The translations under genes were made by a program, and so were the position numbers. A DNA stretch of 33,193 nucleotides from Conidiobolus incongruus B7586 (Eukaryota): assembly GCA_000697335.1 (NCBI GenBank), contig JNEM01008427.1, positions 1 through 33,193 of the forward strand. Reading direction: 5' to 3'. The notes under the pieces are model-generated. The model saw only the letters and a list, made by a program, of their open reading frames with translations, searched no databases and was not told the DNA's origin. Numbering within the stretch: the stretch's first letter is position 1; the number at the start of each line of letters is the position of its first letter. Positions 1-12,563 of the stretch are shown piece by piece.

Positions 1-2
1 CT

Positions 3-362
3 CGTCCTACTACTCGCGTCACTCGCTCGTTTGCTACTCAAAATGGTCAGAGCTCAACAACACTCAATCCCGATCCCCAATCACAACCCAATACGTCAGT
101 TGCACATCCTGCAAATGAAACAAACGATGACCGTATGGATTATGAGCTTCCTGAAGCGCATCATTCGAAATTCCGTGAATTATTAAGACAAGCTATCGAC
201 GAGCATCAAGTGTCTGAAATCTCCATAGATCAAGTTTTATCTTTCATCCGAAGCCAATCCGGTGCCCCACAATTCACAAGGGCAGATGCTGAGCTTGCTC
301 TTGAAAGAATGCAGGATGAGAACTTAATTATGTATCGTGATGGTATCATTCTTGTTATCTAA
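3..362 (+). CDS. MCM3: DNA replication licensing factor MCM3, C-terminal end (5' part outside window)
   Basis: Frame is open from base 3. The C-terminus KFRELLRQAID...FTRADAELALERMQDENLIMYRDGIILVI* resembles the MCM3 winged-helix tail (human ...[29 protein letters not shown]). Confidence 0.85.
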   Translation, partial: RPTTRVTRSFATQNGQSSTTLNPDPQSQPNTSVAHPANETNDDRMDYELPEAHHSKFRELLRQAIDEHQVSEISIDQVLSFIRSQSGAPQFTRADAELALERMQDENLIMYRDGIILVI

Positions 363-1216
363 TTCCGTATAATATGAATTTTTATTTTGTGTATCTAATC
401 TCTAAGTATAATAAACTGTTTTTATAATATTTTGTATTTAGTTATCACTTTGTATCAAGATGCTATTAATGTGATATTTTATCGATTAGATTCAAATTTT
501 ATTAATTGATCATAATACCCTCAAATTTAAAGGTAATTTTTTCAGAATCAATAAACTGAGTGATTTATAAACTATACTAATCATCTATTTCAAAAAGATT
601 TAAGTTGATTATCTTTAAAATCTATAATGATTGTATTTCTGATTGTAAAAAAACATAGTTGATATCAAATCAATTAAATATCCAAGAATTATTTGTATTA
701 TTTGATTTTGATATTAACTACATATTAGCCAATTCCAATAAAAATGCAACATTCAAGGCTGGATTCGAATCACAGATTTGATTTGAAATATAATCCAAAT
801 TTGAAGATTTTTTCATGTTGATTAATTTTACAGATACTATAAATTTTGTAAAATTTTTCGTAAAATTGAGCATATATTTAACAAGTAAAACAGTCTTAAA
901 ATATTCTGTGTTATTATTATTTTTGTTTCGCCAGAGCAATTCATTGATTTATTGAACTAATTTCTTTGTGTATTAATGGAAATGCATCTAATTAAGTTAT
1001 ATAAGAATTTTGCATTTTTTAATAGACTAATATGCCAAACTAATGAAAATCAATGTATCAAACTAATAATTAAAGTAATTGATAGAAATTAAAAATCAAT
1101 AAAATATTTAAAATTAGAGATTATAGAAACACATATATTAAAAAATAGATAAAAATTAAAATTATAAAGAAATGAAAAAGAAAAAAGATTAGTGGAATAA
1201 AATAAATTATTATCAA

Positions 1217-1289
1217 TGCCTTCTACCAGAATCAAACTGGTGACCTTCCGCTTACTAGGCGGACGCTCTGCCAACTGAGCCAAGAAGGC
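1217..1289 (-). tRNA. tRNA-Thr(AGU), with C56>T variant in T-loop
   Basis: Reverse complement folds as GCCTTCT TG GCTC AGTTGGCA GAGC G TCCGC CT-AGT-AA GCGGA AGGTC ACCAG TTTGATT CTGGT AGAAGGC A. All four stems pair. Confidence 0.93.
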
Positions 1290-1840
1290 CATATTCTTGT
1301 TAATGTTATTGAATATATATTGCATTTTTAAAAGTTACGATTTTGAATTTTAATCTTTTTATGGATTTTTTTATTTTAAATAAAATTTCGATCTTTCCTG
1401 TGATACATATTTGAAAATTATTTTTTAATAATCTAGTATATGCCTTATTTCATTTAGGATATATGATTTATTATATCAAATCTTTTTAAATAAAATTCTC
1501 TTCACAATGATTAAATAAATTTAATTCATGACAAAAATAGTTATTATACATAATTACAATTTATAAATCATCATATTAATTCTATGAAATTTTTCTATCT
1601 AATGATGAATTCGTAAATTTATAATTGTCAATACCTAATTTTCAATATTCATTCGATAGTGAATGAAATTTTAGCTATCATTGAAATATTAAAGATTAAG
1701 ACGATTTCGAAAATATCATGATAGATATAATCATTGAAATATCCGAATATAAATGGTTTGAAATGTAATATAATTCTTGTATTATTACTGAAATAAATAT
1801 TAATTTGAGTTTATACTCGAGATTCTTATCAGCAAAAACA

Positions 1841-1849
1841 TTCCCACAA
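1841..1849 (+). promoter_or_regulatory. WWCCCAYAA candidate promoter element (TTCCCACAA) upstream of BMT5
   Basis: One of 10 sense-oriented CCCAYAA copies found upstream of genes in this window. Confidence 0.55.
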
Positions 1850-1923
1850 AATTCCAATTTAAAATCAATTATTAATAGTTGTGAAATCTTAAATCTATTC
1901 AGAAAATATCTAATATTAAAACA

Positions 1924-2983
1924 ATGACTAAAACTAAAAAATTAAAATTGAATCAAAGATTAACTAATTTACAACACAAACACAATTTAAATAAGCCTAA
2001 AAAGCAGCCTAATAATCAACTCAAGAATCAGCCAGTAATTTCCAAGCAAGAGAAGGAGAAGGAGAGATTAAAGCACGCCAAAGATCCCTATTCCGATAAC
2101 GAGAGAACTTTATTATTGGGTGAAGGTAATTTATCTTTATTTATTCTAATTTTATTATTAAATAAAATTATTCAAAATTTAGGTAATTTCAGTTTTGCTC
2201 TGGCTTTGGCAAACAAGTTTGTGGATTGTACCAATTTGTATGCAACTAGTTTCGATTCCGAGGAAGAGCTGGAAGCCAAGTATGGTGAAGAAGTGGCCAG
2301 CATTTTGAATCAGCTCAAGGAAATGGATGTCAATATATTGCACTCTATCGATGCTACGAATTTGCAGCGTTCCAGGAAATTGTTGTTAAAAGCGATTAAT
2401 GGGCGCAAAGGAAGCGAATATCAAACTAATAGCGACAATAGAAGGAATACGAGTACTGTTGAGTTTGACAAAGTAGCCTTCAACTTTCCTCATGCTGGTA
2501 ATAATACAAATATAGTTCTAAATTTAGTAATTGATCATATTTTTGAATATAGGCAAAGGTATCAAATCCCAAATCCATAACATCAAATCCAATCAAAATT
2601 TACTCCTCAGTTTCTTCAAATCAGTGCCTCAATTTTTATCCAAATCTGGTCAAGTTCTTATCACCCTCAAGTCGGGAGAACCATACGATAGCTGGAAAGT
2701 GTGTTCCCTAGCAACTCAATGTGGATTTATACTCAAAGAATGCTTTCCTTTCAATTGTAATCTCTACCCTGGTTACGAACATAGAAGAACGTTGGGAAGG
2801 TTGGAAAAGCTCGTCAAAGGGGAAAATGATGAAATTGTTAGCAAGAGACCCAAGACGTATGTCTTTGTTTTGGAAGGCTCGCAAGATATTGAAAAACCCT
2901 CTAAACAAAAGCCTGGTACAAAAAGAAAGCAGCCAGATTCAGCCAAAGAGGATAGTGATGACGATGATTTGGAAGATCAATAG
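1924..2983 (+). CDS. BMT5: 25S rRNA (uridine-N3)-methyltransferase BMT5-like (DUF2431); exons 1924-2125, 2183-2497, 2553-2983
   Basis: Motifs LLLGEGNFSFALAL, ATSFDS, IDAT, FNFPHAG, ITLKSGEPYDSW, YPGYEHRRT. Two GT-AG introns join the two ORF-track frames. Confidence 0.9.
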
Positions 2984-3287
2984 ACTTTATATAATTTATT
3001 TTATAGATTTAGCTTAAATATCACAAATTTTAGCCAATTAAAGCATGTTTTTAATATGTATACTAAATGATGAACTAGAATAAATAATTAAAACTTATAA
3101 ATTGTTATAATATTTTATAATAAATACTCTGCTCTATACATAATAACTATTTAATCATAATTGATCAAACTGGAATCTGATTTGAATGAAAATTTACAAT
3201 ATTTAAAATTAAATAAAAAATTACAGCAAATGATACAACAATGTAATATGCTATTATTTTGATAATATGATATAAAATATAATTATA

Positions 3288-5318
3288 CTAATTAAGTAGA
3301 GTATTAACAATAATTTCAACGCTCATACGTTTCAAATCAGTATAGGTTTGACCTGTTCCTACAAATAGAATAGGAGCTCCCGAAGTGTATGTCATAGAAA
3401 GTGCAGCTCCAACCTAAATTGTATTAATACATTGGATTAAAGCAAATTCAATAATGCGAATTACCTTATCATCAATTGTGTCAAATTTGGTTAAAATAAT
3501 ACCATCAATTTTGCGAGGTTGATAAGTTCCCGAGAAATTTTCTAAAGCTTGATTGAATCCTTTTAATTGATCAACTGCTTCGTTGCCAACAAGAGCTTCT
3601 CCTACGAATAACACTTTGTCGGGTTGATTCAGAGTAACCAGCTATGAATTTTATATGATTAATGTAAGTATATTTCAAATTAAATATAGTTACCTTAGCT
3701 AAAGACTTCATTAAGGGCTCGTTATTTTGCATTCGTCCTGCGGTATCTACCATAACTACGTCAAATCCGTTATCCTTGGCATATTTGATGGCATCTTTGG
3801 CGATAGTTGCTGAGTCTTTGCCGTAACCACGTTCAAAAAGAGCAACTTGGCCGGATTGGTGAACTTTGAGTAAGTTAGTAGCATGCACTCTTAATTGTTC
3901 GACAGCTCCAGAACGGAAAGTATCACAAGCAGCGATCAGCACCTTCTTCTTGTTCTGTAACAGCCAGAAGCATACCTTACTCAAGTTGGTAGATTTGCCA
4001 ACTCCGTTGACACCAATAAAGGTGATGACATAAGGACGTTGCTCCTGTTTGTTTGCACGTTGGATATCTTTCAATAGATCAAGACTGGTACCAGGTGAGA
4101 GGATACGTGTTAAGCTCTCGTGTAAGGCGTTTTTGCAAACTGAATAGATTGATTGAAAAGCACCAAGTTTTGTACCGACGAGATTGGATTGAACAGATTC
4201 GCACAGTTGCTGTGCGATTTCAGAAGCAACGTTCTTTTGGACTAAATGTTCTTGCAATTGTTTGAGGACTGGGGCAAGGTTTTCATTGTTGAGTTCCTTT
4301 TGACCTGTAAGAGTGTTGAAAATATTGGTGAAAGCTGATTTTTGAGGTGTAGCAACTTTATAATTGGAAAATTCTTGTAAATCGTATAATCCTTGATTTA
4401 ATTGGTAGTTATCGGAGTGGTCTTGAAAATCTTCATCACTTTCGTTGTTAGGAGTAGTTGCTTGGGAAGACAAATGCTTGTCGTCGCTATAATCTAAGAG
4501 TTCCATCTGCTTCTTGGTCACTTTACCATCATCCCAAGTTCTGGAAACCTTTTTGTTGGTTAGTTCTTCACCATCTTTATTTCCTTTATTCTTGGGCTGG
4601 AATTTGCGAGGTGCTTTCTTACCCTGAGTGAACTTGAACTTTTGTGCCAAATCTTCGATGCTTTCATTTTCTATATCAGTACCACTAGTTCCACCGTTCG
4701 AACCTTGCTTCAACTGAATTTTTTCACTGTTACCACCCTTCAAACTCTCTTGGAATTTTTTAGTCTGCTCGAATTTTCTAGGTTGTTTTGGCTGCTTAGA
4801 ATTGTGAAATTCTAAACTCTTCAATATCTTCTTAAAATTAGGTTCAAATTGAGATAAATCGGAAGTATTAAAGTGTTTTAATAAATTAGGGTTTAAAAAT
4901 TGTTCAATCTGTTCCCTATATTGTTGAATAAAAACTTGTTTAACAACTCTTAGCAGCTCTTCAACGTAAGTAAGTTGTAAAATATTTTGATAAACTGCCT
5001 ATTTCAATAAAAATAAAGTTAAATTAGGAGATAAAAAGTTTGGAGATTTACCACAAAGATCAGATTAAGTTCATTTTCCAAAATCCATTCCAATTTCAAT
5101 CCGTTAAAGTTCCAGCTCTTTAAACCGATTTTACCAGAGTTAAAAATCTGCAAAATTAACTGATTAATGCTGGTTTGATACAAGGGATTCACATATTTAG
5201 CGTTTCCTAATTTATTCAATTCATTGTTTCCCTGAATAAAATTTTGCTGGGGTGGAATAAAATCTAAATGAAATAATACAATACCTCCAGTAGTTAAGAT
5301 GGTAAAATAGTCTAACAT
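3288..5318 (-). CDS. SRP101: Signal recognition particle receptor alpha subunit; exons 5318-5052, 4998-3694, 3641-3465, 3413-3288
   Basis: N-terminal SRX-like [12 protein letters not shown]...[20 protein letters not shown] GTPase motifs [54 protein letters not shown]. Three GT-AG introns keep the frame. Confidence 0.95.
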
Positions 5319-5841
5319 GATGATATTTTAATAATTGCTATTGATTGAAGCAGTATTTGATTTAAAGAAATTTAAAATTACATCATTATTTTTTATTCAT
5401 TTATCAAATATAGCATCAACCAAAAATTTAATGGGTTTAGAAAGCAAGTCCATTTTCTTATCAAATTTAATTGATATGACAATTGCAATTTAGTATGATA
5501 CAAGCAGAATATTCATTTCCACCAATTTACATTATTTTATGTATAATTTCATTAGATAGATTTTTTGAATTCATCTCTGTTTAAACTTCTAGTATTTTTA
5601 ATATGAGTTTGGCATTTAAGAAATATATTTTAATGTCAAAGTTAAATCAAAAATGCATAATATACTTTATAACTACAACTAAAATCATACAATTTACCTT
5701 TGTAGTAATGCTATGTCTAACTACATAATTTCAATATATCGTTTTCTCTTCAATGTATTTTATATAATTTTTATGTTGGATACGAAGTTTGGAGTTTAAG
5801 TCACGTGAATTGCAATGTCCTCAAACTAAATCAATTCACCA

Positions 5842-5890
5842 AACCCATAATAAAATATTATTTCACTTTCAACCATTTGAAGTATAAATA
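5842..5890 (+). promoter_or_regulatory. U3 promoter region: AACCCATAA (5842-5850) and TATAAATA (5883-5890)
   Basis: TATA box ~30-35 nt before the inferred U3 5' end, plus the window-wide CCCAYAA motif. Confidence 0.5.
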
Positions 5891-5917
5891 ACCTATCAAT
5901 TTGATAGATTGAAAATT

Positions 5918-6131
5918 AACGACTGTACTTTACAGGATCATGTATATAGTACATTTCTGGTCTTTGTTCATCAACTTAGACACAGTTCAAAAATCTGGTA
6001 GATGATCATAAGTGCCACCTCTGTAAAGGGACGAGTTGAGATAAATATCCTTGTATATTTGCCTCAAGTGGATGAACTTGCCGGTCTCATTCCAGGGCTT
6101 GGCGAGGAGGTTTGCACAGTCTGACAGATTA
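5918..6131 (+). ncRNA. U3 small nucleolar RNA (intronless)
   Basis: 5' ACGACTGTACTTTACAGGATCATGTATATAG matches the GAC box/box A'/box A, and CAGGATCA is complementary to the 18S 5' TGATCCTG. Box C' GATGA 6001, box B GAGTTGAG 6033, box C GGATGA 6070, box D CTGA 6121. Terminal stem AATCTG (5992-5997)/CAGATT (6125-6130). Length ~213 nt. Confidence 0.92.
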
Positions 6132-6775
6132 CCCCTTATTAAATTCAAAACCATTTTATATTGTTTGATATTTATTCTGATATCTATTATTTCAAAGAAG
6201 ATTTGAAGTTTAGCTGGAGAATCTTGTTAGTGATGTTGTTGAGAACATATACTTGAATCATCAATCAAGTTCCAATATCCAATTGATCAAGGTTTAATCA
6301 ATTTAACTCGGATTTTGATTCAGACTTATTACATATTTACCCTACTTAAATTGACTATGTATTTCATACACAAATGAAATATATCATGCTATTTCTCATT
6401 TTGGTTGATTATAACTAATATTATCAATCATTAGTTAAATTCATTCGATTTTGAATATTCCCATTTTATCAACTCTGATCCGATTCATTCTTCACTGCAA
6501 CTATTAAGATATTAACATCTAAACTACTTACAAATATTGTTCTTTTATATAATTAAAATAATCCAAGTAAACATATTCCAATAAAGGTTTAATAAATCAT
6601 ATGTATGAATCACTTATTTTTTCACAAATTTTCAAATTATGGATATTTATGGTTAGTTTGTTAAATTAGAAAAGATCTAAATAAAAATAACATTAGAACA
6701 GCGATTATTGTAAACCTTAACATATCAAATATATATCCAACTTTTATTTATTTCTATCAATAATACCAATTTTAC

Positions 6776-8257
6776 TTAATATACAATATTTAAAGGAATT
6801 TCACAATTTCCCATTCTAATATCTGTTGATACCACTCTCTCAACCCGGATATCACTGAACAAAGACTGAAACTTGGTCAAAGTTTTTTCATTAATCACTC
6901 TACCATCAAATTGAAGCAGTTTCAATTTTTTACACTTTTCAATGAATTTTGTCAGGATTGGAATTTGGTACTTGAATGAGTCCGAGATCTTGAACTGTTT
7001 GACGGTGAGAGATTTGAAGGATTTGTCAATTTTGGATTGGTGAACATCGAAGCAACTGCATGTGAAGTACTCAAGGTTTGGCATCCATTGGTTGAGTGCT
7101 GATATCATGCGTGGATTAACCGTTCCATTCACTAATTCTAGATGCGTTAAAGATTTGATTGGAGTAAATTCTGACTTGAACTCAATTCGATTCCTTCCAA
7201 AATATCCCAATTTAAGGACTTTCAAATATTTCAAATCACTCAAAGCACTTAATAAACCTTGATCCAATTGAAAGTGTTTCAAAGACAATTTGACAAGATT
7301 TGGAAACCTGAGCAAATCGACATGATCTTTAATGGTAATAAGACTTAACTCTCGAACACCAAAAGCTTTGGGATACTGCGGCTTTACAAAATGATCAGGA
7401 ACACTCCAGCTATCAGTTTGATATTGAAAGCTTTCTACAGTGCCAGCTGAATTAAATTTCTGCAAGACTAACTCTGGAAGAAATAACATGAAATCGTTAA
7501 ATTGGTTAAATTCTTGTAAATTGTCGAATATATTGATCACTTTAAATTCGAGATATTTCAAATTCTCCATCGGCTCAAATTCTTGAAGTGTGATTTGATT
7601 GTTACTCGGCTCTTTAGTGGGTTCTAAGCTTAACTTGCCATTAACAAAAATTTTCAACTGGCTGAGGTTTAATTGCTGAGATATAAGGTAATATGGAGTG
7701 AGTTGAATAGTATTTGTAGCTATTGACAATGACCTTAAATTTAAGTTAAATTCGCAAAAGCTATTGATTAGACATTCTATTTGGTTTATGTTTCCCATTA
7801 TACCTACATGTTGTAAGTATTTGAATTGGTGCAGATTGAATAATTGATGGTTCAAACAGGCAGTTGTTAGCCATCCCACAGACGTTAAGTTGGGCGTTGC
7901 TTCAATGAAGTTCATGTGGAATGAGTGATGGTCCATTGGACGGGCATTAAAGAGAATTCTGATATTAAATAGTTTAGTCAAATGCGATTGAATACACTCG
8001 TAGTTTGGTATTAATAGCATATCGCAATGTCTATGATACTTCTCTATCAATACATCAACCTTTGATTCAAATTGAATACTTTGAGATATCGTTATTAAGT
8101 TGAGTTGGTTCCAGATTCTAGGTAAACAGCACCTTTGAATGGGTTTGCAGCATAATTGAAGTTGTGTTAATGAGTGAAAATCTAAATAATCCAATATTCG
8201 ATTAATAATTGTTGTAGGTAAATGTATGAACTTCGTTGTAGGAACTGTTGAATCCAT
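6776..8257 (-). CDS. F-box domain protein with leucine-rich (RNI-like) repeats, intronless
   Basis: N-terminal F-box-like FIHLPTTIINRILDYLDFHSLTQLQLCCK...IW, followed by LxxLxL repeats (FPNLVKLSL, LKYLKVLKL, SLTHLEL, MPNLEYF). First ATG is at 8257; the ORF-track start is TTG. Confidence 0.75.
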   Translation of the reverse strand: MDSTVPTTKFIHLPTTIINRILDYLDFHSLTQLQLCCKPIQRCCLPRIWNQLNLITISQSIQFESKVDVLIEKYHRHCDMLLIPNYECIQSHLTKLFNIRILFNARPMDHHSFHMNFIEATPNLTSVGWLTTACLNHQLFNLHQFKYLQHVGIMGNINQIECLINSFCEFNLNLRSLSIATNTIQLTPYYLISQQLNLSQLKIFVNGKLSLEPTKEPSNNQITLQEFEPMENLKYLEFKVINIFDNLQEFNQFNDFMLFLPELVLQKFNSAGTVESFQYQTDSWSVPDHFVKPQYPKAFGVRELSLITIKDHVDLLRFPNLVKLSLKHFQLDQGLLSALSDLKYLKVLKLGYFGRNRIEFKSEFTPIKSLTHLELVNGTVNPRMISALNQWMPNLEYFTCSCFDVHQSKIDKSFKSLTVKQFKISDSFKYQIPILTKFIEKCKKLKLLQFDGRVINEKTLTKFQSLFSDIRVERVVSTDIRMGNCEIPLNIVY

Positions 8258-8850
8258 TGAAATACAACCCAAGCTTTTTTAGCATCATATCCTCTCGAAA
8301 AGGAAGATTTTGTGATTTTTTTAATAAAAAATATCTGTTCCATATATTAAATTTTTATGGGATTTTGTTTGTGTGTTTGATTCAAATTAGCATACTCTAA
8401 ATACTTTGATATTCAACAGATATTTTTTATTGTTAATAAGCCAATAGTAGTAATATATAATTGAGCATAACTTGATCCTTATTATGAACGGAAATATGAT
8501 TAGATCAAATCAAGAATATAAAAATTTAATTATTTCATCAAAATGCACAATTCAGTTAATGCTTTAAAGAGAAAATCAATGAGCTAATTATTATTAACTA
8601 AAATTACTAATATAAATTAACAAAGTACTTTATTAATAAATAATTGATCTTAATGAAGTATTTATCAATGTAGTATAAAATTATTAAAAGAATATTTAAA
8701 TATTAGTATCTTTCATCTTTTTCTAGTATTTTAGCTTTACATTAGTTCAAAAATTTATTTAAAAAAATTTAATTATCTCAATGATAAATTAAAAATGAAA
8801 AATTTAATTTATTAAATAACTGTGATCAAAAATTAAAATACACTTATAAT

Positions 8851-9363
8851 CTACACATTTCGTCTTAATTGATTCAACCGATTTAAACTATCGCCAATGG
8901 GATCGTGATGCTTCCGAATCCACGCATATTCTTTATGCGCCCTATCCAGCTCCTTGTTCAAATGGCTTATGTCAAGTGCGTCGTTCCCTTCCTCACTCGC
9001 CATTGAATATTCTCTCTGAAGCATGAGCTTTCTCTGTGTTCTACTCACCAAAGGCGTCTCGTCAGCGTGGTTGGTCGATTGGGAGGATGCAGGCTGGATA
9101 GGCGTGAGTAAATTACTAAATTGGGACGAAGTATGGTTACTTGCAGTTGCTAAAATAGGAGAAGGAGGGGGAAGGTTTGATTCGTTATTTGAACCACTAG
9201 AGATGAGAGTACTGGGAGATGGAATTTCGGAAAAGTTGTCAGACTGTTTAATTGGTGAGCTTAGGGAAGCACTTCTGGATGCTATAGAATCTTCATCACC
9301 AAAAATAAATTTTACTTTTCTATTACTTCTAATAGGCTGGTTTTCTTGTGACTGTTCGCTCAT
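8851..9363 (-). CDS. Small Tco89-like (TORC1-associated) protein
   Basis: Ser/Pro-rich body plus SRTQRKLMLQRE and KELDRAHKEYAWIRKHHDPIGDSLNRL, resembling the conserved fungal TCO89 C-terminal blocks. Confidence 0.6.
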   Translation of the reverse strand: MSEQSQENQPIRSNRKVKFIFGDEDSIASRSASLSSPIKQSDNFSEIPSPSTLISSGSNNESNLPPPSPILATASNHTSSQFSNLLTPIQPASSQSTNHADETPLVSRTQRKLMLQREYSMASEEGNDALDISHLNKELDRAHKEYAWIRKHHDPIGDSLNRLNQLRRNV

Positions 9364-11293
9364 TTTGTTTTACTTCGAATATAAAAATATGTATATTAAA
9401 TAAAATTTGAGTTAATGAATAAATGATAATTAAAATATTCAAATAAATTAATTGAGTAATTGGGATTTATTATTTGATTTACGAATTGAATTTTAAATTA
9501 TATCATTACTTCAATATAAGATTTAATAAAATATAAGGATAATCTTATAAACTTATGGGATGTTTACAATTTTTGCAATATCAATTATTATTTTAATATA
9601 GATTATCGAATCAATACATAAAAATGGAGTTATCCAAAATAAATGTCAAATATTAATTGAAAAATCAATATATATATATATATATTTATTTCCCACTTAG
9701 TTTAACATTTTTATAATAATACTGATATAATAAATCATATTAAAGCAATCCGGTGAATATGTGCTATTTCTTAATAACAGAGCGAAAAAAACTGCAAGCA
9801 ACATAAATTAAAAGTATATATATGTAAAGAAGATGATGATAAAAAACAATATCACATTATTCAAAGGTATATTATAGTGTTATTCATTATGTATTTTACG
9901 ATTTTTATCCTATATTCGAGTTTCATTAAAAATATTTTAACATTTAAAAATGCTTGATAATTTTAATCAAATTTCCAATATACTCCTTCCTATTAAAGAA
10001 TGGCAAATCTATATTTTCAGATAAATTAATTAAAGGATGAATATTAGTAAAATTTCTAGTACTAATCAATATAAAAAATTTCCTATTTATTAATTTGCTT
10101 GATCTAGTTGGTTTAATTTCAAGGGTTAATTCCTTTTCATAAATGCTGAATACAATTGAATTATAAGTATTTAATTAATATTTTACAAAAATTGGAATAT
10201 ATTGTTTGAATTTTTCTATTTTCAAGAACAATTTAAGTATTTTTAATGTATAATATATAAAATATTAATAGATCTGAGTATAATTTATAATGATTTTCTG
10301 ATTATTCCTACAAAAATCGCAATTAAAATTTAATATTCGGAGAGGAAAATGTGATGGAAATGATTGTATATCAGCAAAATGCATCGTGGAAAATCATTAT
10401 GCTCATCTATCAGTATTTATATATGATCGTATTTGTATACATTTTGATAATTTCACAAATCAAGAAAATTCTTAACATATCGACGTTTGTAATTATATAT
10501 TTCAAAATAATTGATTTATTATTTTACAAAATTGATAAATAACTCGAATTCAAAACATATCTATTGAAAATGAGTATAATTAAATCAATATTATTAATAT
10601 ATTAATTTCTAATTATAATATAAATATTATTAAATATCTACAACTTATATTAATAATTAGCATTATATATTATAAATGATTAATAGAAAAATAACGTCAT
10701 ACTTATCTTATTTGACATATTCAATCATACTAAATAAGGAAATCGGCCAATTGTTTAATATGGATAAAATTCTGGGTTAAGTTCAAAATAAAGCATGAAT
10801 ATGCAATGACCAATCAGTACAAACTCTTTATTATTTCAGGTAAAAAATATTAACGAATATATATTACATTCAATAAATAGTGAGTGGTTGATACTAGAAG
10901 AACATAATCATAAATTCTTAAGGAAATAGTGGTAATCAAGAAAATTCAAAGTAACATTTTTTGAAAATTCATTTGAATGAAAAAGGAAAAGGAAAATTTT
11001 TGCAATGTTGAATAGAATCGAATTGATATGATGTCACCAAATTCAAAATAAGGGATTGGTCCAGTACTCAACTCAACTATTATTTATTTTTGACTATTAA
11101 TTGTATCAAGAATTGATACTCTTTCATTATTCTGGATATTTTTATTCTTTTTATACTGTTTTCATCCTTTATATTTTATTATCAATACCTTAATAGTTAT
11201 AGTCTACATAATATTAATAGATTGGGCTAATAATTTTTATAGCTTAGCTATTTTGAACCTTTTACACCACTAACAAAATATCCAATTTAAAGT

Positions 11294-12100
11294 ATGAGCG
11301 AAAAGTTTTCTTCTAGAAGCTCCGCACCTGTTGGAAAATCTCTAATGGGTTTACTTAATGAAGAAGAGCCTGAAATGGATGTTGGTGACAGCTACTCTAG
11401 GTCAGGTTCAAATTTCAATCCTCAATCTCAAACAAGCAATAACTCGACTTACAACACCAATCATAATGATATTCCTACTAATCCCGACATCTCTATAGCT
11501 TCACCTAATCTCAAAAACTCTTCCCCATACCATAACTATTTATTGCCTAGAGATAATGCCTTAAAAGAATCCTCTAATTTAGGAAACTCTTCACCACTTT
11601 ATTCAGATTCCTCAACAAATTACAATCGTACACCTTCACCTAGTGGGAACAGCGATCTGTTAAGTGCAACTAGCCCATATTCTGGTAGACCTGGGAGGAA
11701 GCCAGCTGATAGTGGCTCTAATAGCCCCATGTCAACGTCATCAAACCCTGGACGATTTGAACCACGTACGCGGGGGTTGTCCAATGAAGATAAACGCCAG
11801 AGAAGATTAATTAGAAATAGGTTGGCCGCACAAGAGAGTCGAAGGAAGAAAAAGAATTATATCAGTGATTTAGAACAGAAAGTGCGTACCCTAGAAGCTG
11901 ACAATACTAGACTTCAGCACGAGGTTAATTCACTCACCGGAAGACTTGACCCGAGTTCAGTGCCTAATTCTCCAGGTAACTTACTCCATGGGACTACTAG
12001 CAGTGGGCTGGTATCCAGTCAACAAGGCCATACCTACTCAAAAGATGACAACAGAATGTCAGTATCACCTCCTTATCAACCACAACCACCAAGACATTAA
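11294..12100 (+). CDS. bZIP transcription factor (ATF/CREB/Hac1-like basic region)
   Basis: KRQRRLIRNRLAAQESRRKKKNYISDLEQKVRTLEADNTRLQHEVNSL contains the N-x7-R basic region and leucine heptads. Confidence 0.9.
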   Translation: MSEKFSSRSSAPVGKSLMGLLNEEEPEMDVGDSYSRSGSNFNPQSQTSNNSTYNTNHNDIPTNPDISIASPNLKNSSPYHNYLLPRDNALKESSNLGNSSPLYSDSSTNYNRTPSPSGNSDLLSATSPYSGRPGRKPADSGSNSPMSTSSNPGRFEPRTRGLSNEDKRQRRLIRNRLAAQESRRKKKNYISDLEQKVRTLEADNTRLQHEVNSLTGRLDPSSVPNSPGNLLHGTTSSGLVSSQQGHTYSKDDNRMSVSPPYQPQPPRH

Positions 12101-12563
12101 GTATTTAAGGAATATATTGGTAATCAGAACATTCCATCTATGTGTATATTCACAATCCTCAAACCATACTATCAACAACACTAAACCTATTATTGTAATT
12201 TTAATATTATGACATACAACATTAGTGAAATTAATGGCATCATCCTCAGATAAGTACAATTTACTCATTTGCTCAATGAGACTAGATTTGGCACTAATAA
12301 TTATCTATATATTTAACTTGAATATCATAAGGAAATCACATTCAATCAAATGATTCAAATTATATACATATAAATAAAATTATCAGTCAATTAAAAATTA
12401 CTTTTTTTCACAATTCAAAGATTATTTTTTTATTTCTTTGATTTTAATCTCTTGCTTTATGAAACATAATACATAATACACAATACCATATTGTTCAATA
12501 TTTAAAACTGAATAAAATTATTTAGTCCAAATTTTATTTTAATAGCAAAGATATGTATAAAAT

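Noticed and set aside
755..775. B-box-like GATTCGAATCC on the minus strand
   Set aside because: No T-stem, A-box or cloverleaf around it.
1089..1325. 78-aa ORF
   Set aside because: It runs through the tRNA-Thr gene and AT-rich filler, so it is spurious.
11930..12100. Possible Ire1-spliced HAC1/XBP1-type intron after the bZIP domain
   Set aside because: No pair of stem-loops with CNG|CNG loops is visible. CTAGCAG near 11997 does not fit the consensus.
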